Assembly (NCBI GenBank): GCA_965205865.1
Contig: CBDBHR010000029.1
Coordinates: 512,001 to 576,000, forward strand
DNA length: 64,000 nt
Source: a bacterium
GTDB lineage: Bacteria; SAR324; NAC60-12
Direction of reading: 5' to 3'
Shown: one piece after another, positions 11,001-18,692 of the stretch
Layout: every line of letters begins with the position of its first letter
Numbering within the stretch: the stretch's first letter is position 1
Notes under the pieces: generated by a model
What the model was told of the DNA's origin: nothing
The model's database searches: none
The model's input: only the letters and a program-made list of their open reading frames with translations
Translations under genes and position numbers: made by a program

Positions 11001-11885
11001 GCCCGTGGAATCATACTCCCGTCGCGTCGTCCTGACGCGCTCTTCCAAAGCCACCAAGCGGTTCGCTCCGTCCGCCGGGAAGTCGTCGATAACCGGCAGG
11101 GCAGCCAAGTCCTGCTCGGCAGATACGGCGTCGTTCCAGGCGTCCCAGGCTTTCCGCAGTGTGACCTGACGGGTATACCGAGATTGAATTCGCCGTCGCT
11201 GCTCAGCCAAGCCTTCGAGATCGGCTTCGACCTGCTGCAGCCGCGAGGTTAGTTCCCCATACCTCGTCGCATTGTCCGCGACCTCCCGCAGCCTATTGTC
11301 TATCTCCTCGATTCTTTCGGAGACTATGTAGGTCTTTTGGCTGCTCCTTCCACCCTTTAGGAAGAGAGACTCTCGTTCGGCTTCAATTCGCTTCATACAG
11401 GACTGAAGAGACGTGACTCCCATCCCCGCGCTGTATATCTGGCTGTTTACGTTCGCCTTGCTGAGCAAGTCGTCGCTGTAGAGCTCGTCGAGTGTGAAGG
11501 CGAAGACCTGCTCGAAGACGTTGCGAGAGTGGTTGCCCAGCAGCCTTGTCAGTTCCGTTTCGGAGAGCCTCTCGCCCGACTCCAAAGTGAGGGAAACCTC
11601 TCCGCTGAGGCTTCTCCTCGTAGTTCTGCGAACGTCGTACATGCGGCCGTCGGAGCCCTCTATGGTGATGCGTCCTCCGTAGCTTCCCCCGGCCAAAGCG
11701 GGATAGGCGTTGACCTTCCCGATCCTGCGGGGATATCCGAAGAGTACCCTGCGGACGAACTCCAGCAGCGTGCTCTTACCCGCCTCGTTCGGCCCGTAGA
11801 TGACCGTAACCTGGCGTTCCAGCGGCCCGAATTGCTTGTCGGCGAACTGCCCAAAGCCGTCGATATGTATCTGACGAATCCTCAT
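8004..11885 (-). CDS. YhaN-like (AAA_27, SbcC/Rad50-like) ATPase with long coiled coils and central transmembrane hairpin
   Basis: N-terminal Walker A GPNEAGKST; C-terminal signature LSRGTREQ, Walker B VVVDEILVNFD and FTCH switch; two hydrophobic helices mid-protein. Confidence 0.9.
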   Translation of the reverse strand: MRIRQIHIDGFGQFADKQFGPLERQVTVIYGPNEAGKSTLLEFVRRVLFGYPRRIGKVNAYPALAGGSYGGRITIEGSDGRMYDVRRTTRRSLSGEVSLTLESGERLSETELTRLLGNHSRNVFEQVFAFTLDELYSDDLLSKANVNSQIYSAGMGVTSLQSCMKRIEAERESLFLKGGRSSQKTYIVSERIEEIDNRLREVADNATRYGELTSRLQQVEADLEGLAEQRRRIQSRYTRQVTLRKAWDAWNDAVSAEQDLAALPVIDDFPADGANRLVALEERVRTTRREYDSTGLRVAEAGRAADVRVEHEDILKHSPDIRGLERGRTSFDNSVQDLPDRKTELEGHKRTLADTLRDLGPDWDETRIETFDLPITASQEIGEYGIRLQESAERFRQADSNVQQAEAALKAGGKLTKHESILTYSDDIRALERGRTSFDNSVHDLPEREDELEGYERNLSETLRDLGSDWNEVRLETFDLSIAVREEITHYQERLRDATGELDRLGTALAQAKTSLKEAVEEENKAEQDLNASDRPSLNAEQIRDQHAQIRAMDSRLRQIQSVQERVTTLQDQLSSLVSRADSDDGRKNAGKVVATVGVLAGITVLAGASALLAGVAGLDDSALIFGIVCIVAGLVIGIAAYLFKSSLSSSGVDAEAPTTSPLRESLNRAETELTDHRSALKLGAASLEIETINATSLITAEGVLDDQETSIRAWDDLSGVLDRARELAGQRKRQADQAKETLDAAREQHEAVQEAWKQWLQARELRDTFVPDTVVELRGKVELGITHLSSVRTWRQRIKAIEKDIGEYAEAVEPLATAFDVPFNSNDLRTVAGVADILIELHGEVERKVRARTGAEEELEKARHQLVEREKHRDAVQLKWEEWLRAHNLQDSLTPETVVRLQEQIKTARSHHENVRSWQQRIKAIEKAIKEYVEAVEPLSSAFDVTFDRNDARTVAAAADRLVELLKEVQERVRKREGAEAELEDAELRLEERRNELQKAEEELGQLLRSGGAENAEEFRTRAGLFERRTSLEEKAHNAMDRLQRLSGPGESLVRLKADLANTDPQSIDDAIAALEEELAVASAGREELSTERGAIRAELDRLVSEEESSRLRMERNVRLEQIKGHARAWTRLTLAQSLLSEARRKFERERQPGVVRHAEKFFTEITEGRYRQVYAPLGEQTITVTDADGRTKQPSELSRGTREQLFLSLRFGLIRELGERTEPLPVVVDEILVNFDPDRALRAAVAFTELSSTNQVLVFTCHPTVVELFRALVLNAASEAGTDEPDLVTFS

Positions 11886-13153
11886 ACGTCGTCCCCGGCG
11901 AGCAGGTCGACGACGATTGCCTCCGCCTCGTCGGTCAGTGCGGCCAGATCATCGTCATCGGGAGCATCGCCCGCCAGAAGCCGGCGATAGCGACTGTGCT
12001 GATAGAGATCGTCGAGGCTGTCACGCATACGGGACAGCATCTCCGGGTCTTCCTTCGCCCGGTCCGTGGTTTGGAGCACCTCGGCCAGGAAGTCGGAGCC
12101 TTTGATGCGCTCCTGCCGTTTGAACGGCGGCCGCGTCTCGTCCTCAATGCGCTCGCACCACGCGAAGGGCGAACGACGTGACCATTCCCCTGTCATGTCG
12201 TCAATCAGGTCTTGTATGAAGTTCGGCTGCCGCAGCGCACTATGCGTACCGCTCCGTCCGGTCAACGTGATCCGCAGGACGACCGACCGACCGTCCGCCT
12301 CGGCAAGAGCGCTTTCCATGCTTTGGTGAAGACCGTCGCGCAGGTCCTGCTCGGTCTCCATCCGGGAGATATCGAGGACGGGACGCTCCCACCTCACGGT
12401 GTCCACGGCCCTGAAGTCGAGGCTGGCGTTCCCATCGTTGTCCACCTCGACGAGGTACACGCCTCGCGCGCCGGGCTCGTTCGGGTGCCTGCCCTGAGAG
12501 TTTCCGGGATAGACCACGGTTGGCGAACGGTCGCTGAGTACCTGTCGAGTGTGCACGTGCCCTAATGCCCAGTAGCTAATGCCGGAGAATACGAGGTCGG
12601 TCAGCGAACACGGAGCATAAGCGGCGTGGTCGGCATTACCGTCGACGTTGGCGTGCATCAGGCCGATGGAAAAGGTGTTTGGATCGACCTTGGCGAGGCG
12701 GGGTACAAGGTTCTCAAATACGTCGCGCGTGGGATAGCTAATGCCGTGCACGACCGCGCGTTGGGGATCATCCTCGAACACCGGCACGGCCACGAACTCC
12801 GCGCCGAAGCGCGTACAGCCTGGCGGATAGTCGAGCCGCGCCTCCCAACCGTCGAGCGGATCGTGGTTGCCGTGGCAGACGAACGAGCGAATTCCTGCCT
12901 CCTCCAGCCGCTTAAGGCCCTCGACGAACTTGAGTTGCGCTCGTAGGCTCCGGTCCGCTGAGTCGTACACGTCGCCCGCAATCAGAAGCGCGTCCACCCG
13001 CTCGTCGATGCACAACTTGATGATGTTCTCGTATGCGGCAAACGTGGCGTCGTGCAGCGCGCGCGCAACGTTGTCGGGAGCGGCGGCCTTCATGCCGACG
13101 AATGGGCTGTCGAGATGCAGGTCGGCGGCATGTACGAAACGGATACGAGTCAT
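11882..13153 (-). CDS. YhaO-like (Mre11/SbcD) metallophosphoesterase / DNA repair exonuclease
   Basis: Motifs ADLHLD, AGDVYD, GNHD, ALGHVH, YPGNSQGR; 4-nt ATGA overlap with the ATPase gene. Confidence 0.92.
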   Translation of the reverse strand: MTRIRFVHAADLHLDSPFVGMKAAAPDNVARALHDATFAAYENIIKLCIDERVDALLIAGDVYDSADRSLRAQLKFVEGLKRLEEAGIRSFVCHGNHDPLDGWEARLDYPPGCTRFGAEFVAVPVFEDDPQRAVVHGISYPTRDVFENLVPRLAKVDPNTFSIGLMHANVDGNADHAAYAPCSLTDLVFSGISYWALGHVHTRQVLSDRSPTVVYPGNSQGRHPNEPGARGVYLVEVDNDGNASLDFRAVDTVRWERPVLDISRMETEQDLRDGLHQSMESALAEADGRSVVLRITLTGRSGTHSALRQPNFIQDLIDDMTGEWSRRSPFAWCERIEDETRPPFKRQERIKGSDFLAEVLQTTDRAKEDPEMLSRMRDSLDDLYQHSRYRRLLAGDAPDDDDLAALTDEAEAIVVDLLAGDDV

Positions 13154-13314
13154 GTCCCTCTGTCGGCTCCGGTCGGATGGATAGGCAAGTATAGCAAACG
13201 GCACAGAGGTTCGCCAAAGTGCCAGAAGGTAACAAGGCTTCTTATCATTGTTCGGATGCGCTGCCCGCAAACAGCGCGAGAGCCGCGTTCTCAGCTTGCC
13301 ACATAGTTACTATG

Positions 13315-13607
13315 TAAGCCAGACAGTCTCCGGGGGTTGTGATAATAATGAAGTTTTACATATTACAAACAACCCTTTAAGAGGAGACTGTCATGAAAAA
13401 GGATAACATTGAATCATTATCAGGCCAAACCCTTTTTGTTGGCATTGACGTGTATAAGAAGAGTTTTCACGTAACCTTTCGGACCTTTGATTGCGAGATG
13501 AGCAGTCAGTTGATCCCCAGCTAGTTGGTCGGCGTTGAAAAAGCTGTTGAGTCCCTTCAAAGCGCTCGATATCGAAGCGGTCTATGGAGCGGGTTATTTC
13601 GGTTATT
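13315..13607 (+). mobile_element. IS110-family left end and transposase N-terminal remnant
   Basis: RBS GAGGAG, then MKKDNIESLSGQTLFVGIDVYKKSFHVT...VYGAGYFGY (DEDD N-terminal GID and YEAG-like motifs); frameshifted. Confidence 0.75.
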
Positions 13608-14166
13608 GTAAAGGCAAATTTCAGGGAGTCTTTTTTTGATTTTTGGGCAGATTTCTTGACGGGATGGGTGGTCTGGAATGTTTCACCGCTGGGCGGACCG
13701 GAAATGCTGGATTTCAGACAAGGGGATGCCTGAGGTTTAAAGGCCCCATTCGGCATCACAAAAATAAGCTTTATCTGGCGGAAAGTCTCTCCAGTCATTG
13801 GAGTCTTCCAACTCATAGCGCACGATAGCAGGGAGGGGAGGAGCCCTTTCGTTTTCTTCTCCGATATGCTTTAAAATTTTTTTGACTTCTTGATGATTGG
13901 TAATGAAAGCGATGATTTTCATTTCTTTACCACAATTGGGATATAAGAGTGGATCCACTTCGAAGATCTTATGGATCAGCCGTGCCCAACTCGCGCTGGC
14001 TTTAGCCTTTCCTTTGATCTTTTCCCTCTCCATTGGGCTCTCTCCTTTTTTTTTTCTCTCCTTGCCTCGATAAGAACTGCTATAGATGCCATAATAATAA
14101 GTGATCGTTTCGTATGGTGAGGGAAGATGCCCTGCCAAAAAAGCCATAAACTCAAAGACTTCGTAA
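13608..14166 (-). mobile_element. IS91-family remnant (transposase C-terminus plus oriIS-like end)
   Basis: WARLIHKIFEVDPLLYPNCGKEMKIIAFIT...ILKHIG..RAPP. The minus strand ends TGAAATTTGCCTTTAC, resembling IS91 ori ends. Confidence 0.75.
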
Positions 14167-14691
14167 TATCTGGGAGTTGATGGTTCTCATCCTGATTGCT
14201 ATTGCCATTTATTATTTGCGCACTCGCGCCTGGCCAGCGGAAACGTTTCGGGAAAGAATCAAGATGTGGATCCGGACGTTGCGGCAGTGGTTGCAATATC
14301 TGAATATCATGGAGAGAACGCTTTTCAGTCTCATTGCTCTGAAAAAGGAAAAAAGCCATCCATCGGGCAAGTGGCGCCTCAAAAAGAAAAAGGATTGCAT
14401 GCGCATCGCACACCCAACGCGAGGATCCGGCGGCACTACATGGCCATGCTGCGCTCGGTGGAAAAAACGAGTTATCAACGAAAGCACCCCCAGACTCCAC
14501 GAGAATACGAAGAGTTTCTCCTCGTACATTTTCCTCGATCCCGAGAAGAACTGGAGACGCTCACGGAATCCTTCATGCAGGCGCGTTACGGCGTGGAAAA
14601 TTGTGATCGTATGGATTTGAATCGCGTCCAAAACGCATGGAAAAAACTGCGCCGGGAATTGAGAAACAACAGGAAGCGACCGGAAGCATGA
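14167..14691 (+). pseudogene. DUF4129-domain membrane protein, 5'-truncated, frameshift in A-rich run near 14385
   Basis: TM segment in one frame, then IRRHYMAMLR...QTPREY...FMQARYG in another. Confidence 0.65.
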
Positions 14692-14748
14692 AGATCAACA
14701 AGCAAAATTCTGGCAGGGGGATGCCATAGAAAGGAAAAACGGGGGGCT

Positions 14749-15759
14749 TCAGTCCAGCACTTTCACTTTCAGCAAGGAATGATCTTTCTCCAATATTTTA
14801 ACCCGGTTCTGCAAAGGGCGTCCCATCCCTTTCCAGTGGATTTCCATCACGTCGTCCTCTTGCAGGAAAACATTCTCTCCGAAGCTCAAGCCATCGGCTC
14901 CGAAGAAGTGGACGTGCGCGTCGCCGGGACGGCGGTGCTTGGCATACTTGAAGTGATGGTGCTCCAGATTTTCAATGCTGTGGCACATGTTGGCATTCCC
15001 CGTTTTGATCGGCTTGGACCAGATGATTTCTCCCTGACGTTTGATGGCAACCTCGCCTTGGACGTGATCCAGCCTCTGTCCAATGATCAATTCCGGTCCC
15101 AAGGCGCATTGCCGGAGTTTTGAATGAGCAAGGTACAGGTAATTCACTTTTTCCATCACGTGATCGGAAAATTCGTTACCGGTGCTGAAGCCGATCCGAC
15201 AGGGCCTTCCTTGCGGGTCGATGATATAAACCCCGGCCACTTCGGGTTCCTCTCCTCCATCATCGGCAAAGGGGAGCACCTCCAGGGCGTCTCCATGCGC
15301 TTTCAGGATATCCCCTTCCCCCTTGTAGAACCATTCGGGTTGCGCCCCAGCCTTTCCTGAATGGGGACGTCCTCCTTCGACCCCCATGTTGTACATTTTC
15401 ATGCTGTCACTCATTTCCGCACCAGCGCTTTCCCCTTCATGCATGCTCGCCCGGTCCAGCGCGCTGTTTTTATGAGTCAGTCCGGTCCCCGTGACCAAAC
15501 AGCGGGTCGGATTGCGCGGAAAATCGAAAGCCGGAAGTAATTTCCAATCCGATCGACCCGCATGGATCGCATCATAGTCCAGGCGATTTCCCGATTGATG
15601 CGCGTCAATCAACTCCGAAAGCCGCCCCTGCCGGCTGACCGCCCCCCACGCCAATTCATATGCGGAGTTGTATTCATCGAGCAAAACCAACTCGTTAGCT
15701 TCCACCCGCGCCACCCGCCGTCCATGCCCGGGGTGTTGCAGTTGCACCAGACTTGTCAT
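14749..15759 (-). CDS. araD1: AraD1/GguC-like fumarylacetoacetate-hydrolase-family protein (sugar-acid catabolism)
   Basis: Motifs GTGLTH, QPEWFYKG, GGEEPE, GNEFSDH, YLAHSKLR, EHHHFKY, HFFGAD. Confidence 0.85.
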   Translation of the reverse strand: MTSLVQLQHPGHGRRVARVEANELVLLDEYNSAYELAWGAVSRQGRLSELIDAHQSGNRLDYDAIHAGRSDWKLLPAFDFPRNPTRCLVTGTGLTHKNSALDRASMHEGESAGAEMSDSMKMYNMGVEGGRPHSGKAGAQPEWFYKGEGDILKAHGDALEVLPFADDGGEEPEVAGVYIIDPQGRPCRIGFSTGNEFSDHVMEKVNYLYLAHSKLRQCALGPELIIGQRLDHVQGEVAIKRQGEIIWSKPIKTGNANMCHSIENLEHHHFKYAKHRRPGDAHVHFFGADGLSFGENVFLQEDDVMEIHWKGMGRPLQNRVKILEKDHSLLKVKVLD

Positions 15760-16081
15760 AGGAGCACTCCTCGTTTCAGGTTAAAAGGGATATCCAATTT
15801 GAAAGGGTTCCTTGCATACTTCCAAGCTCACCAAGGACCCGTGGCAAAAATCATGCGTAGTCATTTCAGAAGGGGTATCAAGCACCAACCCGGCCATCAC
15901 ACTAAAACAGAAAACAACGAAAAACAATACCAAAGTCCTTCATTATTCCGCTTGATCAGTCAAATAAGTCGTGATTTGAAACGAAAAAATGACGAGGAAT
16001 TTGGTGAAATGGAGTCAAGACTCCGGGTCCGATTTGTTTGGGAACTACAATAATGAGAATAAGAATGGAAGGATTATAGAT

Positions 16082-16426
16082 ATGAGGAACGAGCATCAGA
16101 ATGGCGAAAAACCTGATGACAACGGGATTATCACGGGTACGGATGCAGGGCGATTCTTGGTCACGGTCGTCTGTTCGATCGTCTTGTTCGTGCTTGCGTT
16201 TCACTTTCTGTTTCCCACTATGGAAACCTTCGAAAGTGGAGGTACGGCAGTTTACGACTGGCTACAGCAACTCTCTACGAAGCTTGCCTTCCATATATTT
16301 GTCGCAGTACTTGCCGGTGTATTGGTGGGCTGGCGCTGGTCCCAGTATGTCAGGCTCCGCGGGGATTTCGAGAAAGCGAAAACAAGCCGTGGTTTGCTAC
16401 TGGTTGAAATTCGAAGGAGTGTCTGA
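16082..16426 (+). CDS. hypothetical two-TM membrane protein (possibly 3'-truncated)
   Basis: Two hydrophobic helices; higher GC than its flanks. Confidence 0.45.
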   Translation: MRNEHQNGEKPDDNGIITGTDAGRFLVTVVCSIVLFVLAFHFLFPTMETFESGGTAVYDWLQQLSTKLAFHIFVAVLAGVLVGWRWSQYVRLRGDFEKAKTSRGLLLVEIRRSV

Positions 16427-16737
16427 ATCAATAGATAAATGGCTGGAAAATATGGGCCTGCAAAATGATTTAAAAAATTTGGAAAACTCAAAATCGCCCT
16501 GCACTAATTCTTTATAGGCCTCCACTCGATCTTTCGCGTTGCTTCTTTCTCGGGGTTTGCTTACCTTTTTCATACGACCTCCGTTCATTGGGTTGGGTTT
16601 TGCGTGGTCAATGAAACCACAACATAACGAATGTGAGGTCATCTTTCAATTCTCAACTAATTTTTGGACATTTCCTATGGAAAAACTCTTCATTTCAAGT
16701 CAAAGGGAAATCTCTGAGAACTTATGATAGGAGAGAC

Positions 16738-16965
16738 ATGGATATTTGGAATACATGTGAATCTGTTGAGCGGGATCCGGCGAAAGTTAGTGGAGCATGG
16801 GTTTTTAGAGATACAAGAATTCCGGTAAAGGCATTATTCGAAAATTTAGAAAACGGGGCTAGCGTTGACGACTTTCTGGAGTGGTTCCCTGGGGTGACAC
16901 GTGCGCAAGTAGATGCTGTTCTCACTCATGCAACCAAGAGTCTTGCCACATCAAACACGCGATGA
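16738..16965 (+). CDS. DUF433-family antitoxin
   Basis: ERDPAKVSGAWVFRDTRIPVKALFENLENGASVDDFLEWFPGV; GGAG RBS. Confidence 0.9.
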   Translation: MDIWNTCESVERDPAKVSGAWVFRDTRIPVKALFENLENGASVDDFLEWFPGVTRAQVDAVLTHATKSLATSNTR

Positions 16966-17279
16966 GAATCCTATTTGACCAAGGGACTCCGGTTTCACTT
17001 CGGCGGTATTTCCATCCCCATTCAGTCGATACGGTTTTTGAGCGAGGATGGTCCACGTTGGGGAATGGCGATCTTCTCGAAACAGCTATTCGGGAGGGAT
17101 ATGATGTTTTCGTTACAACCGATCAAAATCTAAAACATCAACAGAATCCAGCAGAAGTCCATCTTGGAATAGTCGTGTTGCTTTCCACTTCATGGCCTCG
17201 TATCCGTAGCAGAGTCGAAGACATCATTATCGCCTTAGAGGCAGCGACTGGAGGCAGTTTAGTCGAAGTTCCCATATGA
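16962..17279 (+). CDS. PIN-like (DUF5615/VapC45-type) toxin
   Basis: MRILFDQGTP...NGDLL...FVTTDQNL; ATGA overlap with the DUF433 gene. Confidence 0.88.
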   Translation: MRILFDQGTPVSLRRYFHPHSVDTVFERGWSTLGNGDLLETAIREGYDVFVTTDQNLKHQQNPAEVHLGIVVLLSTSWPRIRSRVEDIIIALEAATGGSLVEVPI

Positions 17280-17384
17280 GGACCGGAAAAATCATTCGAT
17301 CCAACCTCGTGACATCTTGCTCACAACTCTTAGAAACGCTCAGCATTTTGGGCAGCTAACAGATGGTTGCTTGTGACTTGCGCA

Positions 17385-17570
17385 AGTTTCAGCAGGGGGA
17401 TAAGGGGTCAGCGCATCGGCAAAGATCGCCACCCCAATGAAGAGCAGGACGATGATTCGGCAGAACGTCCCCAACAGCTTCTCCTTGAGAAGCCTGCTGA
17501 AGAAATCCACCGGTCCGGCACGCCGATTGGGCTCACTGACGGCGGAGGGTGCCTCTGTGGCATGGCTCAT
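17385..17570 (-). pseudogene. peptide ABC permease (DppC/OppC-like), N-terminal remnant
   Basis: Matches the N-terminus of the intact permease at 44536-45504, then breaks off after PYP. Confidence 0.8.
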
Positions 17571-17593
17571 ATTCAGGCTTTTCGCGCCAGCGA

Positions 17594-18556
17594 CTATTCA
17601 TACCGCACCCTCGGGTCCAGATAGGGGTAAATCAGGTCGATGAGGAGATTGAGCAGCACCACCCCGGTGGCGAAAAAGAGGTTGACCCCGGAGACCATCG
17701 GGTAGTCTCTGTCATTGAGGGCACTCAGCAAGAGACGACCGATCCCCGGCAGGTTAAAGATGTTCTCCATGATCACGGTACCCCCCACCAGGATCGGCAA
17801 CTGCAGGCCAATCAGGGTCACTACCGGGATGAGGGCATTCTTGATGGCGTGTCGGATCACCACGGCCCGCTCCTTGAGCCCCTTGGACCAGGCCGTTCGG
17901 ATATAGTCCTGCCGGAGCACCTCCAACATCATGGTGCGCGTCATCCGCATGGTGGCGGCCGCCGATGCCGTCCCCACAATCAAGCTGGGAATGAGGAACA
18001 TCGCCAGATTCCCCAGCGGGTCTTCTGTGAAAGAAACCAGCTCCAGCGGCGGCGCCCAGCCCCACCAGATGGCCGGGTAGATCATGACCATTATTCCCAG
18101 CCAGAAGTTAGGCGTGGCCAGGCCGATGATGGCAACAGAGCGCCCCAGGAAGTCGGCGGCCGTATCCTGGCGCATCGCCGAGTAGATGCCCACGGGCAGC
18201 GCGATCACCAGCCCGATGAGGATTGCCATCAAACCAAGCTCAATGGTGACCGGCAGTCTCTCTAATATCGCTTCCTCTACCGATTCTCTGGAAAACAGGG
18301 ATTCGCCAAGGGCACCGTGCAGGAGAATCTCTCTCAACCAGCGTACATACTGCACCCAGACAGGCACGTCCAACCCCAGCATACGCTCGAGAGCGTCCCG
18401 GTCTACATCCCCCAGCGTATTGTACATGTCCATCCTGCCCATTATTGCGTCTATGGCATCGCCTGGGATAAAGCGTACCGAGAGAAAGACCAGGATGCTC
18501 AAGATAAACAGGGTGGGGAAGATCAGCAATACCCGCCTGACGATATAGGCTCTCAT
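17594..18556 (-). CDS. peptide/nickel ABC transporter permease (DppB/OppB-like)
   Basis: RLPVTIELG; EAA-loop DYIRTAWSKGL; ENIFNLPGIG; LDPRVRY. Confidence 0.95.
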   Translation of the reverse strand: MRAYIVRRVLLIFPTLFILSILVFLSVRFIPGDAIDAIMGRMDMYNTLGDVDRDALERMLGLDVPVWVQYVRWLREILLHGALGESLFSRESVEEAILERLPVTIELGLMAILIGLVIALPVGIYSAMRQDTAADFLGRSVAIIGLATPNFWLGIMVMIYPAIWWGWAPPLELVSFTEDPLGNLAMFLIPSLIVGTASAAATMRMTRTMMLEVLRQDYIRTAWSKGLKERAVVIRHAIKNALIPVVTLIGLQLPILVGGTVIMENIFNLPGIGRLLLSALNDRDYPMVSGVNLFFATGVVLLNLLIDLIYPYLDPRVRYE

Positions 18557-18692
18557 GGCATACGCTTTCAGTCGATTGGATGAGGATGGAGTCTCCCCCT
18601 CAAATACTTCAATGAGAAGGGAGCCGGGAAGCGCGCTCGGAAGCGAGAGCCTCCCAGCTCCACTCTACCTGAGATCAGTAGGGTAGAACCCC

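Noticed and set aside
8101-13306. Numerous overlapping plus-strand ORFs in the GC-rich island
   Set aside because: Expected shadow ORFs of high-GC coding sequence; no recognisable motifs.
16397-16680. Minus-strand fragment MKKVSKPRERSNAK... with an IS-like end
   Set aside because: Probably another transposase N-terminal remnant, but no family motif can be recognised.
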